Of a DNA stretch of 64,000 bases, positions 56,798-64,000 are shown in pieces (position 1 is the first letter of the stretch; the number at the start of each line of letters is the position of its first letter). A program made the position numbers and the translations under genes. Source of the stretch: an uncultured Acidobacteriota bacterium (GTDB taxonomy: Bacteria > Acidobacteriota > UBA6911); contig CAWHCF010000044.1 of the NCBI GenBank assembly GCA_963827655.1, positions 128,001-192,000 on the forward strand, given 5' to 3'. The notes below the pieces were generated by a model. That model ran no database searches. It was not told where the DNA came from and saw only the letters and a list, made by a program, of their open reading frames with translations.

Positions 56798-57317
56798 CAG
56801 CCTCTATCAAGGCAAAGTGGCGCAATCTGTCCGTAATTTTGCTTCTAATTCGCGGTTTTGCACGTTAAGAAAAACGAAAGCACGACGTAAAAGGGAGGTG
56901 AACATAAGCCGCCTTTGGAATCCCAACTCCCGCCAAACTTCCGACGTAGTTCTATGTCGACTCCACTGGCTGTTCCGGATTCAAGTGGAGTTTACGCCGT
57001 GGCAAGGCCACAGCTGTGAAACTTCGTCGAAGTATCCGGCGCGCCGTCCTATCGCCACGGCGTTACAAAAAACTCCGGGTGCGATGCATTCTCTTCCTCT
57101 ACTGCTGGGGGCGATCAGCGGCGCCTCAACGGTCCAGGCCAAGACAAACCATCCTGGCCCCCGACTGCCACTCTATCTGCGTTTCGATAAAGGCACATAG
57201 TTAGGACAAGATGAGCCGAAGGCAAACGTCATGCGCAGATAGCGCTTCCTCGAAGAAGATGGAATCCAGCACGCCATGCATGCCCAGGCACAAATGATGC
57301 GCACGGCCCGTGACTCT

Positions 57318-59207
57318 TCACTGCGTGGTGCGGACGTTCGATGGTGCCCCGGATTTGCCTGCCTGCGACTGCAGGGCCCCGAGGTCCGGCTTCGACCCGG
57401 AGAAGTAACCCGCGGTCATGCCCGGCAAGGGGGCGTAGGTTACTCCGGCGATGGTAAAAGGTTTCGAGAGGTCAATGCCGGCGCTTCGGGCGTCGCTTCC
57501 TGAGGGCAGCGCAAAATCCGGCAGCGTCGCGTCGTTCCACATTTTCCTGTTCCAGGCAATAATATTGTTGCTGCCATACCATTTGCGATAACCCATGGAC
57601 GCTCCACCGAGCCAGTTATAGTCGAAAAGACCCATGTCTCTTTTGGCTTCCAAGGTGTTCTCTGTGTTATACACACAATCAGCTGAAATGATATTGTTTA
57701 CGATATACGTCTTCGGCATTCCATAACCCGGATTAAAATCGGCCATCAAGAATGCATCCCGTCCACCCGCGATGCTGTTATGGTAAAAGTATATTTCTGC
57801 CTCCGAATCCTTATTAATCCAGTTCCAGGCATTAAAGAACACGTGGTCGGCGATACCCGGAGGGTTGTGAAACCGATTTCGATAGATATCCAAGCGGCGA
57901 TAACCGTCCTGAAGATTGAACAGTCGCATGTTGTACTTGTTGTCATAAACTAAGTTGTCGTATATTACGGCACTTGCTCGATAGATCTCGAATCCCTGAC
58001 CTGAATGATTGTGAATCTTGTTGTTGTAGATCTTGTTTCCAGCTTGTCTCATCCCAGAGTCTGATCCCTACTATTCCCTCCCACATATGGTTTGAGTAGA
58101 CTTCGTTGTTATTTGCACGATCCCAAATCGTGATATTGTGATCGTCTTCCGATGGTGGCTCCGACGATAAACTTGTTTTCGTGATAGAGATGATACGTGA
58201 TCCAGCCCGCATAGCTATCTGCCCCAGCACCTGGTTGGAAATTACTTAAGCCGTTCATCTTCATTTCATTATTGCGAATGTGATTATAAGACGCCCCACC
58301 ATAGAGACAGACCCTCGCATTCCCATTGGTAAGATAGTTCTCTTCAATAATGTTATTCCTGGCGGAGGCTCCCGATATCAATACCGCATTCCTGGCAGCG
58401 CGAATCCAAAAACCCTTTATCTTGATGTTGCTCTTATCATGAATGTGCGACTCCCGCGCCGGCGGGAGAGGAATACTCAGTCTCTGGCCCAGGCGATGAT
58501 CGTATGTTCTTCGCAGCAGGATTATCGCCGTTGCGAAAACGGATGTAAGTAACACCGTTCCGATAACCAAAGAGCGCCTCCACTCCATCCCAGTAACTGA
58601 TATCGGGAGAACCCGAATAACGAACTATAGCGTTCGCTGGCCTGGCCAGGGCATCGAATCCGGTGCCCCGAGCATTCTCCACCACCTTTCCGTTCATGGA
58701 ATTTGTGTTGATCCGCCAGATCGTTTTATCATCGACGGTCATAGCATAAGGCTCATATCCAATGCTGGTGGTTTTGTATACTCCAGAACCTACCTCCGGA
58801 GCTAAAACCCATCCAGTCACGGGATTGCCTCCATCAATGATGGTTAGCCACTCTCCCTTAGTCCCTCGCTCTCCCTGGAACGTAATGGGCTGACTCGCCG
58901 TACCATTCACATTGATTTGAACTCGCTCGTAGTATGTACCAGCTTTAACCATGACGGTGTCGCCAGCAGCGGCGGCATTGGCAGCTTTCTGGACGGTACG
59001 CCAAGGCTGGGCCGACGTCCCTGGATTGCTGTCAGATCCGGACGGGGAGACATGGTAGGTCGCGGCGGCAGCATTTGAGTTGAATCTTGCGACGAGGACG
59101 ACCGTCATGACTATGATCAACCTTATCAAAAGCCGGGCCTGACCATAAGTCGCTCTGACGTAAGGAGTTAGCTGCAGTTGAACTCCATTGGGGGTATTCT
59201 CAGTCAT
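57318..59207 (-). CDS. Secreted parallel beta-helix protein, paralogue 2; frameshifts near 58445, 58155 and 58040
   Basis: Highly similar to 45762-47655 along its length (e.g. QPWRTVQKAANAAAAGDTVMVKAGTYYERVQINVNG, HNHSGQGFEIYRASAVIYDN, YFSGSKPDLGALQ). Confidence 0.85.
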
Positions 59208-59232
59208 GTGCATTCTCCTGGAAGTCGGGCCG

Positions 59233-59243
59233 AATATAACACA
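59233..59243 (-). promoter_or_regulatory. Putative extended -10 promoter element (TGTGTTATATT) for paralogue 2
   Basis: Matches the motif at 47680-47690 and is followed by AGGAG-aatgcac-ATG. Confidence 0.55.
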
Positions 59244-59392
59244 AGAGGACGAGGCTAAGAGCAACAACCTTTCTTGCTTGTCCTTGCATTACTGATCCGC
59301 CCCACTACGGCGGACAAGGCTCAAGCCAGTGATGGTCGCGTCAATCCTGCGCACCAAACTGACAAGGACTGGCTGACCGCAAGAAACTCTAT

Positions 59393-61345
59393 CTATCTGT
59401 GCTGAAAAGCTCCAATATCTGGTCTGGAGCCAGAGAAATACGCCGGGCGTCATACCAGGCAAGGGATCATAGGTTCTTCCGTCAATCGTAAATGGCCTGG
59501 AGAGATCGATGCCGGCATTTCGGGAACTGCTGTCGGAGGGTAGCAGGAAGTCAGGCATGGTAGCGTCATTCCATTGCTTCTGGGGCCACGCAAGAATATT
59601 ATTACTACCGAACCAGCCCCGGAGACCTACAAATTCCCCGCCTACCCAGTTGTAGTCAAAGACCTGAACGTCTCGTTTCTCGGTAAGCGTGGTTTCCGAG
59701 TTATACGCATAAGGAGTGGAAAGAATGTTATTCAGAATATACGTTCTCCGCATGCCATAACCGCGGTTGAAACCAGCCATCAAGAATGCGTTTCGCCCGC
59801 CGGCGATACTGTTGTGGTAAAAGTAGATTTCGGCGTTTGAATCAACATAGGAGTTCGACCAGGCATTAAAGAAGATGTGATCTCCAAAACCTGGAGGATT
59901 GTAGAATCGATTTCCATAAATATGCAGGCGCCGCTGCCCATCCTGCACGCTAAAAAGCCGCATGCTGTACTTGTTGTCGTAGATCATGTTCCCGTAGATG
60001 TCGGCGTTTGCGTCCGGATAGAGCTCAAATGCCTGAGCCGAATGGTTGTGGATCTCATTGTAGGCGATCTTTGTTCCGGACGTGTCATACCAGAGGCTGA
60101 TTCCGGTGATGGCGTCATAGATATGGTTTGCATAAATCAGGTTGTTGTTGGCGCGGTTCCAGACCCTGATATTGTGATCATCCTCGGCTGTACGCCCGAC
60201 TAGAAACTTATTCTCGTAATAGAGATGATACGTGATCCAGCCGGCATAGCTGTCCGCCGCGGCGCCGGGCCGGAAAGTACTGGAACGATTCATCTTCAAT
60301 TCATTACTGCGAATGTGATTGCCCGAGGCGCCACCGTAAAGATAGATCCTGGTGTTCCCATTGGTCAGATAGTTCTCTTCAATGATGTTGTTCGTAGCAG
60401 CCGGATCCCGATATCAAAACCGCGTTTCGGGCGGCGCGGATCCAAAAACCCTTCACATATGATGAAACTCTTGTCTGAAATGAGCACGCCTGCGCCTTCA
60501 GGGCGATCACTTTCCTTTCTAGGTCCAGGAGAAGATCTTAGGTTCTTTCCATTGGGATCGTCGCCATTCCGAAAACGAATGTAGGTAACGCCATCGCGGT
60601 AACCGAACAACGCTTCCATACCATCCCAGTACTTTATGTCAGGGGAGTCCGGATAGTTCACAATGGCGTTCGCCGGCGTGGCAAGCGCCTCGAAACCCGT
60701 GCCCCGAGTCCCCTCAACAACAATCCCGTTCATAGAGTCGGTGTTGATGCGCCAGATCGTCGTGTCGTCAACGGTCATGGCCCATGGTTCGTATCCGATG
60801 CTGGTGGTCTTATAAACTCCAGCGCCCACTTCCGGCGCCGGCACCCATCCGCTGACGGGATCGCCGCCATCAATGATGCTCAACCACTCTCCACTCGGCC
60901 CTCTTTCTCCCTGGAACGTGATCGGCTGGCCAGGCGAACCATTCACGTTGATTTCAACCCGTTCGCGGTAGGTACCGGCTCTAACAATTACCGTATCGCC
61001 GGGCGCGAGCGAGTTCGCCGCCCTCTGAATGGTACGCCAGGGTTGATCGGAGCTGCCGAAACTATCATCAGAACCGGCTGGAGAGACGTAATATACATTT
61101 CCGTCGGCACTTACCTGCAAGTTCAGGCTAGTCAGGAGAAACAGGGTGGTCACTACCATCGAGACAAGCAACCGAGTTTGACCACCAGTCACCAATCGCT
61201 TGAAGGCTTTGGACAGTCCGCGACGAACCCCCGGGAAGGACCGAAGTCCGGATCTGTGGTGATTTTGTTCGCGCGGGGTCTCGGAAAAGCTCGTTCGCGT
61301 TTCGGGAGAAGGCCCCTCAGTTGAGTAGGCCTCACGGGTTACCAT
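59393..61345 (-). CDS. Secreted parallel beta-helix protein, paralogue 3 (more divergent); frameshifts near 60450-60400, 60295 and 59440
   Basis: YYVSPAGSDD...QPWRTIQRAAN, GVYKTTSIGYEP, YWDGMEALFGYR and EIYFYHNSIAGGR. The corrected end reads ...FSGSRPDIGAFQHR* with TAG at 59393-59395. Confidence 0.8.
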
Positions 61346-61375
61346 TCATGCGCTCCTTATAAAGCCGAGAAAAAG

Positions 61376-61386
61376 TATATAGCACA
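61376..61386 (-). promoter_or_regulatory. Putative extended -10 promoter element (TGTGCTATATA) for paralogue 3
   Basis: Same TGTGnTATA motif, upstream of an AAGGAG RBS. Confidence 0.5.
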
Positions 61387-61742
61387 GACGAGTCGACGGA
61401 AAGGGTTCTGCAAATTTTTGTTGCCGGCAGGCTATCGTGCTTGTACCGTGTCCGTTGCGAAACTCTTCCTCCTTAGTCACTTAGTCTGAGCCTGAGGTCT
61501 GATGCGCCGCCAGAGAAAAAGGTTCAGTTATCGAGTCGATCGAAAGTCCCAGTTGCCTCGGGTCCCCTCCTTAACTCTAGACGCCTTCGGACACAAAAAT
61601 TAGGCATGCCGGTCTACGCCCTCTTCGGCAATTCGCTCTTCGGCGTTTTCGTCGCTCACTCCAACAAAGGAGTACGCAGCTAAAATGATGAAGATCTTGG
61701 GAGATCCCTGACGAGACATCGACAGAAGTCTTCGAAATCGGT

Positions 61743-61833
61743 AAAATCGGTGACAGGCCCTATCCCGAATTTGGTGAACGAGGGCGGTCAGCCTCAGGTA
61801 CCGGGCGAAATTAGGGAAGGGACGTTTGCTACC
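61743..61833. repeat. Degenerate REP-like palindrome, same family as 28200-28283
   Basis: Left arm AAAATCGGTGACAGGC...CCCGAATTT and degenerate right arm AAATTAGGGAAGGG...GCTACC. Confidence 0.55.
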
Positions 61834-61846
61834 AGAGGTATCGCGA

Positions 61847-63068
61847 ATGAATCAGAACTCTTTCATTCCATTCAATCTTCCGTCTATCGGGGACGAGGAG
61901 ATCAACGAAGTAGTGGCCGCGCTGCGCTCGGGCTGGTTGACGACCGGACCCCGAACAGCTCAGTTTGAGGAGGAATTCCGGCGCTACGTCAGTTCTTCCT
62001 TTGCCCTGGCGGTGAATTCGGCAACGGCCGGGTTGCATCTCGCGCTGGCCGCCTCGGGAATCGGGCCCGGCGACGAAGTCATCACCACTCCCATCACCTT
62101 CTGCTCCACCGTGAATACGATCCTGCACGTGGGGGCAACCCCTGTTTTGGCAGATGTTGGAGCCGATGGCAATATCGATCCCGACTCGGTTGCTGAACGC
62201 ATCACGCCGCGCACACGCGCGATCGTTCCGGTACACATTGGCGGCTTGCCCTGCGATATGGCCGCCCTCTGGTCCCTGGCTAAACGCCACAGTCTGTTTG
62301 TCATCGAGGATGCCGCCCACGCCATTGGTTCGCGATATCGGGGCGCGGCTGATCGGGGCCGACGGTTCAGCCGACGACCCGGCGAGTGATGCCGTGGCGT
62401 TCAGTTTTTATGCCACAAAGAACCTGACCACGGGCGAAGGCGGGATGGTTACGACACGCCACGCCTGGCTGCAGGACGCCATGCGCATCCTCTGTCTGCA
62501 CGGCATCAGTAAAGACGCATGGAACCGCTATTCAGAGCAGGGAAACTGGTTTTACCAGGTCGTGCGCTGCGGCTTCAAATACAATCTCAGCGATATCCAG
62601 TCCGCTATCGGCATTCATCAGTTGCGAAAACAGGAAGCTTTCATCAGCACTCGCACGCAATATGCCAGGCTCTATAATCAAGCCCTTTCCGACGTTCCCG
62701 AACTCGAGCTCCCCCCCGATCACGAATCCTGCCGCCACTCGTGGCACCTTTATGCCCTGCGCCTGAACCTCGACCGGCTGACCATTGATCGCGAGGAGTT
62801 TATTCGTCAGCTCAGAAACAAGAACGTCGGAGCCAGCGTTCACTTCATACCCATACCGCTTCACCCCTATTTCGCTCCCTATGCCGATCTGCCTCAAAAC
62901 CGATGCCCTCGAGCGCTTGAATTGTACCCAAGGCTGGTATCGTTGCCGCTTTATCCAGCCATGAGCGAGGCGCAGGTGGAGTATGTAGCGACTACTGTCA
63001 AGGAGATTGTGCGGAGTGCCAGAAGAACGAAGGCGGCCCATCTCGCCACCAGATCCGACGATCCGTGA
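61847..63068 (+). CDS. DegT/DnrJ/EryC1/StrS-family PLP-dependent NDP-sugar aminotransferase; frameshift near 62345
   Basis: [49 protein letters not shown] and SLPLYP. Confidence 0.92.
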
Positions 63069-63153
63069 ACTTTTTCTGCGGCTTTCTCCCAGGGCTCCAA
63101 GGTCTCCCCCTTCGATTTACATTTGGTAGAATCTGCTGTTAACATTCGGCGCC

Positions 63154-63807
63154 ATGGAAAAAGCGCGGGCTCGCCGCTCGAAGCATGAGCCCATCCAACC
63201 TCGGGGACATCGCACACGGAACAAGGTCCTGCTGGCGGCACGGAAGATTCTGGTGCTGAGAGGGTACCAGCCGGCCCGCGTCGAGGAAATCACCCGGGTG
63301 GCACAGGTCGGCTACGGGACGTTTTACAAGTACTTCCGGAACAAACAGGACGTCCTGGAAGCTGTGATGGAAGAAGTATACGCGCAGCTCACCCAGGCGG
63401 GGTTTCCCGACCGTGTGGAGGCCTCACACCTGGAAGACCAGATCCGAACCGGCATCACCAACTATCTGAGAGTGTACTGGAAAAACCGGCAGATCCTTCT
63501 GGCGCTCCAACCCGCGAGCCTGATGAGTCCTCGCATCCGTCGTTTCATTGGCGAAATGCGGGAAAGAGATGTCCAGTGGATGGTTCGTGAATTGAACAAT
63601 CTCAGCCTGCAGGGATGGAAGATCAAGGGCAATCCGGAGGTCCTGTCACTGGCGATGCTCCACACGGTCGATGGGGTGGCCCAGGACTGGATCACGCGCC
63701 GCCAGCACCTCCCGCTGGAGCGCGTGGCCGAGACGCTCTCTGAGATCTGGTTCAGGACCATTTTACCTTCCCGTCCAATGCGAGCGTCCCGGACACGAGG
63801 GAATTGA
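63154..63807 (+). CDS. TetR/AcrR-family transcriptional regulator
   Basis: TR..VL.AA......GY....VEEIT..AQV..GTFYKYFRNK HTH. Confidence 0.9.
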   Translation: MEKARARRSKHEPIQPRGHRTRNKVLLAARKILVLRGYQPARVEEITRVAQVGYGTFYKYFRNKQDVLEAVMEEVYAQLTQAGFPDRVEASHLEDQIRTGITNYLRVYWKNRQILLALQPASLMSPRIRRFIGEMRERDVQWMVRELNNLSLQGWKIKGNPEVLSLAMLHTVDGVAQDWITRRQHLPLERVAETLSEIWFRTILPSRPMRASRTRGN

Positions 63808-63842
63808 CCTGGCAAGCTGGCTGGGATATAGCGTGACGAGTT

Positions 63843-64000
63843 ATGGGTCAAGGTAAACTGACGCTTGAAGAACTCGAGCGATTTTTGCCGGAAAAGATGG
63901 CGAAGATCGATCTCTTTCAGAGCGCGCGATTGCTTGTGGGTCTCAACTGCCTTGAACCGGGTCAGTCCCAGCCGGCGCATTCACACGAAGGTGCGGACAA
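63843..64000 (+). CDS. Cupin-domain protein, 3'-truncated by the window edge
   Basis: MGQGKLTLEELERFLPEKMAKIDLFQSARLLVGLNCLEPGQSQPAHSHEGAD; HxH cupin motif 1. Confidence 0.75.
   Translation, partial: MGQGKLTLEELERFLPEKMAKIDLFQSARLLVGLNCLEPGQSQPAHSHEGAD

Noticed and set aside
55776-57317. Short + strand ORFs in the gaps around the 56117-56797 methyltransferase
   Set aside because: No convincing RBS or protein-like motifs; they may be decayed DNA but I cannot assign them.

Overview
Bacterial DNA (moderately GC-rich; the gene content is compatible with an Acidobacteriota-like genome, which is inference only). It is almost entirely one large surface-glycan locus. From 1 to 43.2 kb about 36 genes lie on the + strand. 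They encode NDP-sugar enzymes, a priming phosphoglycosyltransferase, a CapD/PglF dehydratase and GT2/GT4 glycosyltransferases. They also encode a very dense set of tailoring enzymes: 8 SAM methyltransferases, a sulfotransferase, 2 O-carbamoyltransferases (one with SxtJ/SxtK partners), 3 AsnB-like amide synthetases, 2 deacetylases, a JmjC hydroxylase, and a split NamH/CMAH-like hydroxylase with its own Rieske ferredoxin. The locus carries its own donor-supply genes: sat-cysC for PAPS and carAB for carbamoyl phosphate. From 43.4 to 44.8 kb is a NarL/LuxR regulator, a PilZ protein and a small ORF. From 45.7 to 61.4 kb is an accessory block with three paralogous secreted parallel beta-helix proteins that share a promoter motif, two decayed transposase relics flanking a low-GC membrane-protein gene, a GT2 + DUF2304 pair, GT-C-like membrane proteins and a ninth methyltransferase. 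The window ends with a DegT aminotransferase, a TetR regulator and a truncated cupin gene. About 20 genes are split by single-base indels that look like sequencing or assembly errors, so I report them as joined genes. I recognised no rRNA, tRNA or CRISPR array, and no wzx, wzy or ABC exporter. All family assignments come from motifs recognised by eye, not from database searches.
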